Positions 26,862-41,760 of a stretch of DNA of 64,000 nucleotides are shown one piece after another (the first letter of the stretch is position 1; each line of letters starts with the position of its first letter). This DNA is from the human T2T-CHM13v2.0 reference genome, Homo sapiens. Location of the stretch: the NCBI RefSeq assembly GCF_009914755.1, contig NC_060939.1. One strand, 5' to 3'. The notes beneath the pieces were generated by a model. It was not told where the DNA came from, searched no databases, and saw only the letters and a program-made list of their open reading frames with translations. Position numbers and translations under genes: made by a program.

Positions 26862-28526
26862 TACAACTCTGGCGTTTTGGCAGGCAGAGGCCAGAGAAAC
26901 TAAATGTCCTACACGTGCAATGGTCTTGTATAACAAAAAACCAACTCGTTCAAAATGGAATGATATCCTCTTTGAGAAACAAGGAACCACTGAAAATGCG
27001 ACTAGACCTTTTTTTAATAGACTTAAGTAAAAATAATCAGTTAAAAATGATCCATGTAAAAGATACCATGAACAATTTCTCAATTGATATTTATATTTGT
27101 ACAGGTGGTTCCTAACTTTTCAGTGTGACATTTGACATTCAGAATTCATTTCACATTTAAAAATCAAACAAAACCATGTTCTAAGTGATGATGAGGTTCT
27201 TGGGCTAGTATCAAAAATCAATTCAACCCATAGTATAACTGAATTATTGTATTTTTATAATTTTACAAAGGCTAATACCTTTTTCTAATACATACAAGTA
27301 AACAAAATAAAATTTTAATAGTTTCATGATTTTATAACTTAAAAAGTGAAAAATAACATTAAACAGAAATTGATTTTCTTCATATTAAAGGCCAGTTTAA
27401 TTGAATAAATATAACAGAAATATGAAGAGGGTAGAGATAGAGATACTTTTGTTCTCAGGAGGTCCTTTAGGACTGTCACAAGGTTAAACACTGACAGCAG
27501 TGGAATTATCTTTATCATGTTAAAGACCCCTTGAAAAACCATGATTTTACTTTCTTTAACAAAATGTTTCATAAACACCAGTCCAACATTCACCAGCCAT
27601 GGCCAAAATCACTTTCTGGTTCATAAATGAAATGATGAATGTACACTCATATTTGGAAATGGAGGAAAATCCTCAACTGCTTCCCTCACTCCCACTCTCC
27701 AACCCTCCAAATCCCAAAGTATAATCTTTCTCATTTTGTTTTGTTTTTTCTTTTCTTTTCCGCTCTCCTTCTTTCCTCTCAGTCTCTCTTAGACTTTCCT
27801 TCAGGGACATGTTGAGTCTCTTTGTCTTATCAGAGAAATAATAAATTTTAGATCTAATAATATCATGTAGCCTGTCTAATCCAAATCATTATTTTATAGA
27901 ATCAAAATTAGAAGCCTAGAGAGATTAAAGGACCAATTCTAGATAAAACAACTGGATTATCTGGGGTACCAGATAAGTCTTCATGTTCAGTCTAGGAACT
28001 AGCCTGCCAGCAATATATACAAATGGGAGATGCTGCAGAAGGGAAATTCTAAAGGCACTTTAAGTGGCGAAGAAAAAATTAGGACATAATATAATGTCAG
28101 CATGAAAGCAAGACAGGCTGGGAGGAAAAGAGGCTGCCACTCACATCTCAGGGGTGCTGCACTGATAAGTCATGGTTAAGTACTCTTACAGTGCTTTACA
28201 TTCTGGGAAGCAGTTTCATAACCTCCAAGCCTCGGAAAATAAGTGATGAAGCATTGAGTTAGATGACTTGCTCAAAATGAGTGATAAATATGACAGAGTA
28301 GGACCAGACCTACAATTTCTATTTCCTCTGGGGGCTCTTTTCACCATATTGTGCTGCACGATTTAACCATTTTTCTTAGGGCTCCAAGTCATAGCCCCAG
28401 ATTCCCTACACTGCTAATGTTGCAATTGGTGCCTGTCAGTTCTCTATTTAGCAAATCAGAATAGAGAAATCTCCAACTGAGGTACAAACAGGCATGTATT
28501 TTAAATGCTGCAGAGAAGCACATTAC

Positions 28527-28748
28527 CCAATTGAGGAGTGTCCATTTCTACACCGTCACTGAACAGTGGCGTTTTCATCCAATATGCAGTGTCCTGTTCC
28601 TCTGGAGACACAGGGGAGCCCTGAAGCATGCCACCAAGACACCGCCCAATAAGGAGAGCAATTGTTCTTTCTAGATCCACAAGCCATACCCAGGACTGAG
28701 CTGGCTGAGGTAATGGCAGACCAGCAGGATCAATTAGTTCTGGCCCTC
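28527..28748 (-). CDS. HERC1: HERC1 coding exon (~exon 18)
   Basis: 222 nt, phase 1-1; GGPELIDPAG...WVWLVDLERTIALLIGRCLGGML...EMDTPQL. Confidence 0.96.
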
Positions 28749-29144
28749 CTAAAGACAAAATCATTAGTTATTGTGTCTTTATCTGGTACTTTTAAGATTC
28801 AAAATATTTCTCATAGTCTCCTACCGTACTGCAGTAAGATACTGATGCAAAATATTTTATGATGAAAACACAAATTATAATACTTTCTGTATTTTTTCTC
28901 TTTACCAGACTGATTTAAAATAATATCCAGAGAAGTTATGCTATCAAATAAAATTTTCCTTGGAAAAGTTACTAATTTTAAGATAAACATTAAAACAACA
29001 TATGACAACATTATTCCAATCAATTATATTCCTACTTTTCATTACCCAGACCAAAATTCACTATCTTTAGGGAGTATTCTGAGTTTATTCCTCCAAAATC
29101 AACACACAAATTTATCCATTAAAATGACATTCAAGATTGTTTAA

Positions 29145-29516
<372 letters not shown>

Positions 29517-29569
29517 CAGATCCATGCTTTTTTATTGTACATTTGTTTTTAAAAGTTCTTGACTTCACG

Positions 29570-30160
29570 AAATGACAGCTATAAGGAACACATACCAATG
29601 AAATAAAAATAGAGACTGAAAAATCCAAAAAGCAGTTATTTGAAATGATAATGGATAAGTTATCTAAAAGGAAAATGGATAAATGATTAATAAAATTACT
29701 CAAGAAAAAAAGATGGCACAAATTCAAAAAATAGGAATAAACAGGATATAACCATAGATATACTAGAGATTTTTTAAAACCATGAATATTACAAATAACT
29801 TTATGCCAATAAATTTGAAAACCAACAAAATAACATTCCTGGAAATATATATATTTCCAAAATGGACTTAAGAAGAAACATAAGATGGAAGGGAATACTA
29901 ATCACTAAAGAATGAGAATTGCCAGAGTCTGTCTACAAACAAAACACCAGGGCCAGATAGTTTCACAGATAAATTCTTCTAAAACCTCAGGAAGAGATAA
30001 CTCGTATCTTACACAAATTATTTCAGTGAACAGGAATAAAAGAAAGTTCCGCGTTCATGTTATGAGATTAGTATAATTTTGGTAGTAAAAACTAGGAAAG
30101 GATAGCATGAAAAAATAAAATTATAGAAAAATATCAGTTATAAACATAGATGAAAAAATA
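29570..30160 (+). mobile_element. Old L1M ORF2 fragment
   Basis: ctttatgccaataaatttgaaaacc; caccagggccagatagtttcacag L1 ORF2 motifs. Confidence 0.65.
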
Positions 30161-30229
30161 AAATGACACCTTACTCACCTGATAGACTGAATCTTAGCAA
30201 GTTCTGAGACGCTTTAGAAAAGAATAAAC

Positions 30230-30563
<334 letters not shown>

Positions 30564-30881
30564 TCAACATCCTGATATGGTTGTAAATTTGACACTTGGA
30601 CTAAGTGACACTTGATCACTGAACTGTATAATGTTAAAATAAGATAGGCCCTCAAGGTCATCTTTCCAACTCCAATGCTTTTCCTTTTATGCTCCAGCCC
30701 AGGATTCTTTCCAATAAAATAAGAGGACTTACTTAAATTTGAAAAGCTTTTAAGATTTCAGTGATGAAATTCCTTTGATAGCCTTAGGATAGATAGACTC
30801 CAATGGAAAAACACAGTGATGTGTGCAAGAGGAACAACTTTTCTCAAAGGCATTATTTGCTCTTTTATTGTCTTTACTTAC

Positions 30882-31073
30882 CATGAAGAGGCCACTGTAA
30901 CTCCTGGTCTTCTAAAAGATCAGCAGCTGGCAGGAGTCTATTAAGGCAATCAAGAGGTGGCAACAAGTCGAGGAGGTAACTCAATAAAGGCCGAGCCACT
31001 GACACAGGGAGTAACAGCAGGGAGTTAACAATCTGGCAGAGCATACTGCCAGCAGCTGAGACGTATATCACAT
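30882..31073 (-). CDS. HERC1: HERC1 coding exon (~exon 17)
   Basis: 192 nt, phase 1-1; DVIYVSAAGSMLCQIVNSLLLLP...DQELQWPLH. Confidence 0.96.
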
Positions 31074-32470
31074 CTATGAAGGGCAAGAAATTAAACATGG
31101 GACAATTGTTTCAAATGAACTTTAAAAAAAGGAACCTAATAAATATTATTTTAGCTTGGAACTAGAGTAGACTCATTCAACAACTCTCTGTTGAACACCT
31201 ACCTGGTAGCTGATGTAGTATCAGTGTTTATTCACTTTCAGAAAGTACCACCAACAAACACTTTATAGGAAAGCATATGTATTCTCCGTACCAACAAATT
31301 CAAAGGATTAAAACTGTTTTCCTTAAAATTCATTATGAATTTCTCATTCATTAATTTATCTTCATTTTATAATTTACTCAAGAAATATTTATTTACTCAA
31401 GAAATATTTATTGACATACCAGGCACAGTTCTAGGTGAAAGGGATACAGCCTTGAAGAAAGTGGTTAAAACTTCCTGTCCCCCTGGTGCTTACCTGCTAG
31501 TGAGGGAATGCTTTCATATTTTTTAAACAAAATTTGCTTTTTTAAAAATCAAGATCACCTTAAATCATGTGTTTTTATAATCCATATTGGTTTTAAATCA
31601 ATTTTATTTCACTATTTCATTGTATATCAGGGCAGAGAAGGTCATTCAGAAATGAGCTCAGTTTGAAAATATTTTAGTTGCTGTGGAACAGCCAAATGGA
31701 GGTATCTAATGAGGAAAGGTTTCAGTTTCACAGTGTTCCCTTCTTTCTTTTTTCAGTGGGGGAACTTCAGGGGCAGCTGGTTTTAGATAAACAATAAATT
31801 TTGGTTGTCTTTTGGATAACCAAGAAAAGACACCCAGTAGGCAATTAAAGAAAGGCTCTAGGACTCAGGAAAGGTGTTCTCAGCTAGATGGAAATATAGG
31901 AGTCATTAATATGTAAATGGTTGTTAAAGACACTGAGACTAGATAAGACCATTGGGGGAGCAAAGAGGATAGAAGGCAAAATTCGGAGGATCCTCAACAT
32001 TAGAGGGCATGTCCAAGGAAGAGGAGCCTATAGGAACCCACTGAAAAAGAAGAGTCAGAGGAAGAGGAGAGAAAAAAGGACTGTGACTACACAGAAGCCC
32101 AAAGAAAGAATTTCAAGAAGGAAAGTGAAAAAATGGTAAATGCTGAAGAGAAAGGTAAAGAAAGAGCAGGTTTTTAAAAAAAAAAAAAAGAGCAGATTAA
32201 AAAATCTCACTTTCTGCCATTTAAAATTAATATTTTTGAGTTTATATCATCCAGTGCCTTTAAATTAGGCCTCTGTCATGCCAAGTAGACTCTTTCTAAG
32301 ACCAATCACTGCTAACACTACCCCCAAACCAAGACTAAAGGAATCTTCAATAGAAGGAAATTCAAGACCATTCCTATTCCAGAGGCTTCTGGCTCTCTTA
32401 AGACTTTGGAAAGCCAAGTGTTCTTACTTCTTAATGACTGATTAAATTTGAAATGAAATACCAAACTCAC

Positions 32471-32603
32471 CTCTTAATTTTTCTCCAACACTGCCATTCC
32501 AAGGACTTTCTTTGAGCAAATTTGCAGAACGTGAATAAATATCTGTGGCATGAGGCAACAAAAGCTGAAGATGTTTATGAAGCAATGCCACACTGCTTGA
32601 GTT
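32471..32603 (-). CDS. HERC1: HERC1 coding exon (~exon 16)
   Basis: 133 nt, phase 0-1; NSSSVALLHKHLQLLLPHATDIY...GSVGEKLR. Confidence 0.96.
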
Positions 32604-32731
32604 CTAAGAAGAAAAAAAGTTCCTAAATTACTACTTTGAAAGATTCAAGGTGTAAAAATATCATGGCCTATCCAAATATCTGAGTTTCAAGGTCCCTGAT
32701 AGATCACCATAAAAGACAAATAATCGCATAC

Positions 32732-32884
32732 CTCACTAATGTTATTGATATGGCAAAATGCCAGCAGCTGTTTCTGTAGTGAACATAGCAGTTCATGAAG
32801 ATGAGCAGGCTGACTGTTTTCTGATGATGATGTTCCAAGTAGAAATTTATCACTATTCTTTTCTAGCTCTCCAAATGCTTGATC
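32732..32884 (-). CDS. HERC1: HERC1 coding exon (~exon 15)
   Basis: 153 nt, phase 0-0; DQAFGELEKNSDKFLLG...LQKQLLAFCHINNISE. Confidence 0.96.
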
Positions 32885-32975
32885 CTAAAATGACACACAA
32901 AGGAAGTTTATATTTGAAGTGCTTGAAACTGAAAGTAACAACCTACCATAAATCTGATTTAAGCAGCATTATATG

Positions 32976-33281
32976 GGCTGGGTGCGGTGACTCACACCTG
33001 TAATCCCAGCACTTTGGGAGTCCGAGGCAGGTACATCACCTGAAGTCAGGAGGTTGAGACCAGCCTGGCCAACATGGTGAAACCCTGGTCTCTACTAAAA
33101 AATACAAAAATTAGCTAGGCGTGGTGGTGGGCGCCTGTAATCCCAGCTACCGGGGAGGCTGAGGCAGGAGAATTGCTTGAACCCCAGGAGGCAGAGGTTG
33201 CAGTGAGCCAAGATCACGCCATTGCACTCTAGCCTGGGCGACAAGAGTGAAACTATGTCTCAAAAAAAAAAAAAAAAAAAA
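32976..33281 (+). mobile_element. Alu (AluSq-like)
   Basis: Full dimer; TSD agcattatat. Confidence 0.95.
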
Positions 33282-33406
33282 GCATTATATCCTTTCTCCC
33301 ATTACCAATTTTTAAGTATTTGCTATAACCCTTATGATACTAGCTATTAGATGGTAAAATTCATCAAGCTACTTCTATTTGTTTTTTCCATTAAAAAAAA
33401 AAAAGC

Positions 33407-34105
<699 letters not shown>

Positions 34106-35249
34106 AAGAGATGCTTTGTATATTTAGAAAATATCAAAACTCTATTTTAAAAAGTTAAAAGCACCATTTAAACAACTACTCAAAGAAAGTGACTGCTACT
34201 ATAATATTTTTTGGTGTATTTCTTTCCTTTGTCCTTTTAAAATATTTTTCATAATATTGTACTGCATATTCTATTTTTGGTCTGCTCTTTTCCAATGGAA
34301 TCATAAATGTTTTACACATTTTCATAAACCATGTGTATATAAAATATGATAAAATATTCCATTGAACACATGTACCATAAATTACTTAACCACTCCTCTA
34401 TTTTTAGATGTTTCTGTTATTTCCAACTTTTTTTCCTGTAAATAATCATGTGCTGAATATCTTTAGGCAGAAAATTTGGTTTATGTGTACAATATACAAG
34501 ACAATATGAGAACACTGTAGGGCCCTTGCTCTAAGTTGTTAATTAGGACCATTATTTTAAAATCTTAGAACAAATTTGGTTTAAATCACATCAGAAAGAG
34601 ACAATAATTTATTATTTCTACCCAAAAGCAGTTAGTATTTTATTTCCATTTCCATATAATATATAAATCTGCCTTAGCCCTAATATTCCTTTCAACTTTG
34701 TTGTAACATTCCTTATAACTTTGGGAAAAATTTTTGGTCATTAACAAATGGCTATATACACAATATTGTTCTTATCCATTTGCAGCCATTACTCCTTAAC
34801 ATCAGATTAAATTTACATTTTTAAATCTGAAAGAAAAGAATTTTGTAGGAAGAATGTTCACTCTGACTTAGTGATCAGCCTTTCAATGTGGGCGGGATAG
34901 AGCACTAAGACTTGTATTGGAAGAAAAAGAGTACGTAGACCAGACCCTGAAGAGCCACAGGAAACAATATTAATTGATACACAAACAATTCAAAGTTAAG
35001 TTACACAGTACACTCTGATCCTGTAAGTGCTGATGAGTACAGAGATGTGTAGCTATATGCATCTCTGGCTAGATGGGGTTATTTGGGCAAGGTTTCCTAG
35101 AATAGTCAAGTCTTACATCACAGATTGGTAGAGAAAAACAACAGGAAATACGTGTACAATGTACAATTCTGGAAAAGGATGATTTCAGATAAGAATGGTG
35201 TGTGAGCCGATGATAAAGGGTCTGAAGGGTGGTGGTGGTGGTGGTGTTG

Positions 35250-35534
35250 TTTTGAGATGGGGTCTCGCTCTGTCACCCAGGCTGGAGTGCAGTGGTGCGA
35301 CCTCAGCTCACTTCAGCCTCTGCTCCCTGGTTCAAGCAACTCTCCCACCTCGGCCTCCTGAGTAGCTGGGACTATAGATGCCAGCCGCCACGCCTGGCTA
35401 ATTTTTGCATTTTTAGTAGAGACGGGGTTTCACCATATCGGCCAGGCTGGTCTCAAACTCCTGACCTCAGGTGATCCACCCAACTCGGCCTCCCAAAGTG
35501 CTGAGATTACAGGCATAAGACACCGCGCCTGGCC
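35250..35534 (-). mobile_element. Alu (AluS-like), tail replaced by (GGT)n
   Basis: Full dimer; TSD ctgaaggg. Confidence 0.93.
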
Positions 35535-36157
35535 TGAAGGGGTTTTAATTTAATACAAAGAAGTTGTATTCTTTAATATAAAGAAGTTATTTAATACAAA
35601 GTTATTCCAGCAGTAAGATGCTGAGAAGAAACCAGCAATAGTGACAATAGCTATAACATTATTAGCACTGAATCATAATGATCTGGCTTAGAACTCAAAG
35701 AAATGGCAGGAAAAAAAGATGAATTTAAGAAACACTAGAGATTTAGAATTAATGGCATACTAATACAGGGAAAGCTATAGGGTCCACTGTCCTCTATCCT
35801 ACTGACCAACCTATTCTCATTCAGTACCAAGTACATTGTTTCATTATAAGATTATAACTGGCAAGGTTAATCCCTTGCTCATTATTCTTCTCTCTAAAAA
35901 TGTTCCTATTTTATTCTGTTTATTATTCTACAATATCAGAAAAATCTGGTAAAATTCTAAAATAAATCCCTTTGAAATTCTCAATTACATGTTATTTTGT
36001 CCCCACAATATTTCAGAAACCCTGACATGTTTTTCCCCTTGGGGGAGAGGGGTCTAGAGTTTGATTTCTATCATAGGTGTTTAAATGTCAAAATACCTTG
36101 ACTAAAGAGATCCCTACCCCTTTATTCTTTTTTTACTACAATGAAAGAACAACTTAC

Positions 36158-36379
36158 TGTATAAAATCCTAAATTTCTTAAGAGGGTCTTCATCAAAATT
36201 TCAGCCAGGTGGGTATCTGGATGGCAGCTCTGAGTGCCGTAAGGTTGATCTGACAGATTTCCGTAGCCAGTACACACAGAAGATAGGTCAGCAGCATCAG
36301 AGGGTGAACTATAGCCAAGTAGGGAGGCTACGTGGGTATGATCTTGCAAACTTGTCAGGATGATATCCAGTTGCATTCT
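36158..36379 (-). CDS. HERC1: HERC1 coding exon (~exon 14)
   Basis: 222 nt, phase 0-0; RMQLDIILTSLQDHTHVASLLG...LLRNLGFYT. Confidence 0.96.
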
Positions 36380-36804
36380 CTAAAGAACAATAAAATAGGA
36401 ACAAGTAACTAGCGTAATATGCACTAGAAAAGAACACAAAAGGATCCCAGAAAAAAACTATACTAATCCACTTACTAGCTTAATAAATAATCATCTTCAG
36501 GAAGTACATAATTATAAAAACTACCCAATTAATCCCATTTAGGAAATGGGATTTAGGAAAATGCAACTTACAGGTTTTTATTTCAGCCTTCATTATAATG
36601 CCTAAATCTCTAAGCTAACATGGCATACTATGCATAATGATTTTAGTACTGTAAGTAGAGAGGAGTACGAAATGCCAATAGATAAATAATATGACACATG
36701 ATTCTACAGTGTGACATTACCAATGACAATTACTTATTCTAATGTTCAAAATAAATCACTTGAAATCTAAACTAATGCAAAATACTCATTAAAAATCATC
36801 TGTA

Positions 36805-37428
36805 GGCTGGGCGCAGTGGCTCACACCTGTAATCACAGCACTTTGGGAGGCCAAGGCAGGTGGATCCGCTTGAGTCCAGGAATTCAAGACCAGCCTGGGC
36901 AACATAGCAAAACCCCCTCTACAAAAAATACAAAAATTAGCTGAGCATGGTGGTGCATGCCTGTAGTTTCAGCTACTCAGAAGGCTGAGGTGGGAGAATC
37001 ACTTGAGCCCAAGAGGTTGAGGCTACAGTAAGCCATGATCGTGCCACTGCACTCCAGCCTGGATGACAGAGCAAAACCCTGTCTCAAAAAGAAAAATAAA
37101 AAAATCACCTATGGACCAGGCATAGTGGTCTCATGCCTATAATCCCAGCACTTTGGGAGGCCAGAGCAGGAGGATCATTTGAGGCCAGGAGTTCAAGAAC
37201 AGCCTGGGAAATACAGCAAGACCCCACCGCTATAAAAATAAGAAAAAAAAATTAGCCGGGTGTGGTGGCACGTGCCAGCAGTCTTAGCTACTCCAGAGGC
37301 CAAGGCAGTAAGATCCCTTGAGCTTAGGAGTTCAAGGTTAGAGTGAGCTATGATTGCACCACCCTACTCCAGCGTGGATGACAGAGCAAGACTCTGTCTC
37401 CAAAAAAAGATTTAAAAAGAAAGAAAAG
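36805..37428 (+). mobile_element. Two tandem Alus (AluJ-like): 36805-37103 and 37113-37428
   Basis: Two dimers, same orientation. Confidence 0.92.
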
Positions 37429-37957
37429 TATCAGTAAATATTACACTGCAAATAAGTACCAATTTTTTTTCCTCAAATCTGTATCTCTGAATCTGATAAC
37501 TTCTACTTGGTTGAGCAAAATGTACTATTTTAAGGTATATAAGATAAAAATGGAAAGAAAAGTATACTCATATTATCAAATACTTTTTCCTAATAGTCAT
37601 CTATACTCTTTATACAAACGATTTCAGACAAAGTTCTCAGCATGGAACCAACAGTAGCACATACACTTGATTTCAACTCAGCATACTACAAATAAACCAC
37701 AGAGTGTCTGGCTTAGTACCATAAGAAACACTGGAAAAATTAGTCCTTATTTTAATAATTAGCCCCAAATAACTTAATAAATTATCACTTGCTTCACCTA
37801 AGGTTGTTAAGACAACTGGGAATTCTTCCAGCACAACACATTAACCCATCAAGTACTTATGCTCCAAGAACACATGGCAATTTATTAGTTTTATTTCCTT
37901 CTCAGTCCAAATTTTTAGGATACTACTGGTTTACTTACACAGCAAGCAAAGGCCTAC

Positions 37958-38083
37958 CTGTCCTTTAGATAAGCTTTCCCATCTATCAGGTCCTTGAGGT
38001 AAAAGAGAATGAAGTAATTCCATCCGTTCTCGTAATGGAGGTAACAGCATGGTTGCTCCCACTGATAAAGTTTCAATTACCAC
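37958..38083 (-). CDS. HERC1: HERC1 coding exon (~exon 13)
   Basis: 126 nt, phase 0-0; VVIETLSVGATMLLPPLRERMELLHSLLPQGPDRWESLSKGQ. Confidence 0.96.
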
Positions 38084-38580
38084 CTAATATCAAAAGAGAA
38101 AAGTATACTGATTGGCCTGGTTCTTAGTTTTTAATAAAAACACACTTAAAGCGAACTCACTGACTACTAGGATCATGTAAGTCTAAAAAAGATGGCATGA
38201 TAAAAAAGAAAGCATGCAAGTCCTCCTTCAGATGTCTTTAAGAAGACTATGAATACATATTTTCGATTTGCCACTAAATAGCTAATCATCACCTAACAAA
38301 TATTTAGTGTTGATTCTATAGCATTCACCCTGGTAAGGCTCTGCGCAAAGTGATTTGGGTGCAGAAATGAATAAGACAGACAAAATCTCTGCTTTCATGA
38401 GCCTACAGTCTAATGGGAAAGAAAGACCCTGAGCAAGAAAGTATAAATGTGAAAGGAGTCACATAGGGAAAGTAAAAGGGTGCAGGAACTTGCTTGAGCA
38501 CACAAACAGGGCAATTAACATGGCCTATGGGCTCATGGAAGATATCCCTGAGGATCAGGCATTTAAGAATTACAGAATTA

Positions 38581-38789
38581 GAACACATGGACACAGGAAG
38601 GTGAACATCACACACCGGGGCCTGTTGTGGGGTGGGGGGAGGGGGGAGGGATAGCATTAGGAGATATACCTAATGTTAAATGACAAGTTGATAGGTGCAG
38701 CACACCAACATGGCACATGTATACATATGTAACTAACGTGCACATTGTGCACATGTACCCTAAAATTTAAAGTATAAAAAAAAAAAAAA
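38581..38789 (+). mobile_element. 5'-truncated L1PA 3'UTR insertion (~210 nt)
   Basis: gaacacatggacacaggaag...G-rich tract...A tail; 17-bp TSD aagaattacagaattag (38565-38581, 38788-38804). Confidence 0.95.
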
Positions 38790-39847
38790 GAATTACAGAA
38801 TTAGTAGGACCTGGCTAGACAAAGGTCCAGGTAGTGGGAACAGCATAAGGAATAGGAGCTGCATTATCTTAGGCCTCATAACTTCTCTGGGTCATGGCTT
38901 CTTTATCAGTAAAAACAGTGTTGGACTAAGATAAACTCCATAGCGCCTGTCAGTTCTAATACTCAATTTTTCTGTAAGTCAATGTTCTATTAATAATTAT
39001 TTGAATTACTATAATGATTGAAAAATTCAAGTACACAAGAAGAATAACCCTTCCATCCAAAAGCATGTGTCCTCCAACACAGTTAAGAACAGGACAAATC
39101 TTTAATGACTTTCTCAGAGTACTCTACTCAAACTAAAATAAAGCTAAAATCAAAGCTAAAATCAAATTTTAGCTGTGGAAATTCAACAAAGGTGACTAAG
39201 GATTAAGAACTAAATGCACATATTCTGTTTCCAAAAGCCCATCTAAAACAATGGGCAGGGGTTGGTGGGATAAGTCAAAAAGACCCCCCTCCCCAGAATG
39301 GAAAGGAAAAAACAGCATCAAAATTTTGGAAACAGAAAGGAACAGACAAAGGGTAACTGACTTAAAAGACCTGAAATGGCTACACCCTAAGTCAAAAATG
39401 AGAAAAACCAAAAAACACTTTGATTTGTACTGTAGAATTCCTAGAGGCTCATATACTTCTGCAAGAGGGCAAAAAGGAAGAGCTCAAAACAGGAAGATTG
39501 GTTGAAAACTGGTTAAGATAATAGGCACAGTTGAAGGCAGGAATACCAAACTAAAATTGGGTGATTTCAAGACAAAGTGTTCATTCTGAATATTGAGACT
39601 TCTAAACTCTTTTTCCTCACCAGAAGACTGTCACTCAGGTTTATACCTTCTAGCAGTAGCTTAGAAGAGCCTTCCTTTGAAGAATCTCACTAGCCCAGTA
39701 GAAAAGACTTTAAGTGACAGACATGAAATATTACCTTCCCCTAAAATATAGCCCAGTCACATCAATCTACAATAAATTTGACAAACCTCATCTCTCTCTG
39801 TGTAGAGAACTTTTAGCATCCATCAGTCTTTTAGCATCACACTCTCT

Positions 39848-40139
39848 TTTTTTTTTTTGAGACGGAGTCTTGCTCTTGTCACCCAGGCTGGAGCACAGTG
39901 GCACAATCTCGGCTCACGGCAACCTCCACCTCTGGGGTTCAAGCGATTTTCCTGCCTCAGCCTTAAGTAGCTGGGATTACAGGCATGCGCCACCATGCCC
40001 AGGTAATTTTTGTATTTTTAGTAGAGATGGGGTTTCACCATGTTGGGCAGGCTGGTCTCGAACTCCTGACCTCAGGTGATCTGCCCACCTCAGCCTCCTA
40101 AAGTGCTGGGATTACAGGCGTGAGCCACCACGCCCGGCC
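39848..40139 (-). mobile_element. Alu (AluSq-like)
   Basis: Full dimer; TSD tagcatcacactct. Confidence 0.95.
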
Positions 40140-40577
40140 ATAGCATCACACTCTTACCCATGATTGGCTTCGAAGCCAAAGGTTATTAGAAATTTGAGGA
40201 AAGCCTTTATTATGACAGAGACTAAAACTAACAGAAATTGTCTAATTTAAAAAAAAAAGTACATAGAAACAAGAACAAAAATTAGTATCTTCAAAAAGTG
40301 TAAGACAGAACGGGAGGCTACTAAAAAAGGAACACTTCCAGAATGAAGAGCTCTTATAAATTAAAAAGATGATAAAAGAAACAGAAAATCTCAATAGAAG
40401 GGCTAGAATATAGAATTAAATTTCTTATAAAGCAGAGGGGGGAAAAGATGGAAAACAGGAAGGAAAACACAAGAAAATTAAGAGGACTGGCTCAGGAGGT
40501 CAAGTATCCCAATAATAAGGAGTTCCAGAGAGAAAGAAAGAACACAGAAAACAATGAAGAAGAAATCAACAAAACAC

Positions 40578-40748
40578 TTCCAGATATATATATATCTTTT
40601 TTCCAGATATATATATATATATCGTTTTTCCAGATATATATATATATATCTTTTTTCCAGATATATATATATATATCTTTTTTCCAGATATATATATATA
40701 CATATATATATCTTTTTTCCAGATATATATATATATATATATATATCT
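40578..40748. repeat. Compound VNTR, six ttccaga(TA)n-tctttt units
   Basis: Direct reading; units differ in TA count. Confidence 0.93.
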
Positions 40749-40877
40749 TTTTTTTTTTTAGTAGAGAAGGGGTTTTGCATATTGGCCAGCTGGTCTTCAA
40801 TTCCTGGCCTCAGGTGGTCCGCCCGCCTCGGCCTCCAAAAGTGCTGGGATTACAGGCGTGAGCCACTGTGCCTGGCC
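40748..40877 (-). mobile_element. Alu left monomer
   Basis: tttagtagag...gcctggcc only. Confidence 0.88.
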
Positions 40878-41229
40878 AAGATAATTTTTTAATATTGAAG
40901 GTTATGACTTTCCCCACATCAGTTCATATCATTTTGAAATGTGAGAACACAAAGGACAAGAAGAACTTGCTATATAGCATCTAGAGAGAAAAACAGATTT
41001 CCATACAAAGGATCAAAAATTTGAAGCGCACTGATTTTCTAAGTAACACCGCTGAAAACTAGAAGACAATGAAGCAATGACTTCACAAGTCTTACTGAAA
41101 AATGATTTCCAATTTAGAATTTTATGCCTAAACCATTCATGAAGATATTCAATTTTCAAACTGTTTAAGTGTGAGCATATTTTCATTTAATGTATTTTCT
41201 ATCAGTCCTCTCTCAGAAGCTACTGATGG

Positions 41230-41760
41230 ATGAAGAAACCCAGCAGAAACCACCTTAACCATGTGATTGAGGCCAACATTGTCAGTAATAAGATATATGG
41301 ACATCATTAACCTCATGTAATAACATACCAAGGACACATTATTTCTGTGGTATTCTTGCCCAAAATACATAACTCAATCCCATCCTGAAAAAAATGACAG
41401 AGATATTCAATAAAATAATTAAATAATACTCATGAAATGTCAAGCTCGTGAAAGACAAAGAAAGACTAAGGAATTGTTGCAGGACACTAAATTGTTACAG
41501 AAGAGAAATAACAATTAAAAGCAATATGGGATCCCAAATAGGATCCTGCAACAAAACAAGGACATCAGTAGAAAACTGACAAAATTTCTAATAAGATGTT
41601 TACTTAATAGTATTAAACCAATACTAATTTATTTGTTTTGATAATTATATAATGGTTATGTAAGACATTAACATAATAGGAAGGTGGGTGAGAGACATAT
41701 GAAAACTATTATTTATGCAATATTTCCTTAAGTCTACAGGTAGTTCAAATAAAAAAATTT
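41230..41760 (+). mobile_element. Old L1MC-like 3' end
   Basis: caccttaaccatgtgattgagg; atttctgtggtattcttgcccaaaat motifs. Confidence 0.65.

Noticed and set aside
26739-27115. Three overlapping ORFs of 95-114 aa on both strands
   Set aside because: No recognisable protein, no splice sites fitting the HERC1 phases, and they run across the tRNA-derived insertion
40448-40892. Four overlapping ORFs rich in IY/YI repeats
   Set aside because: Artefact of the TA-rich VNTR
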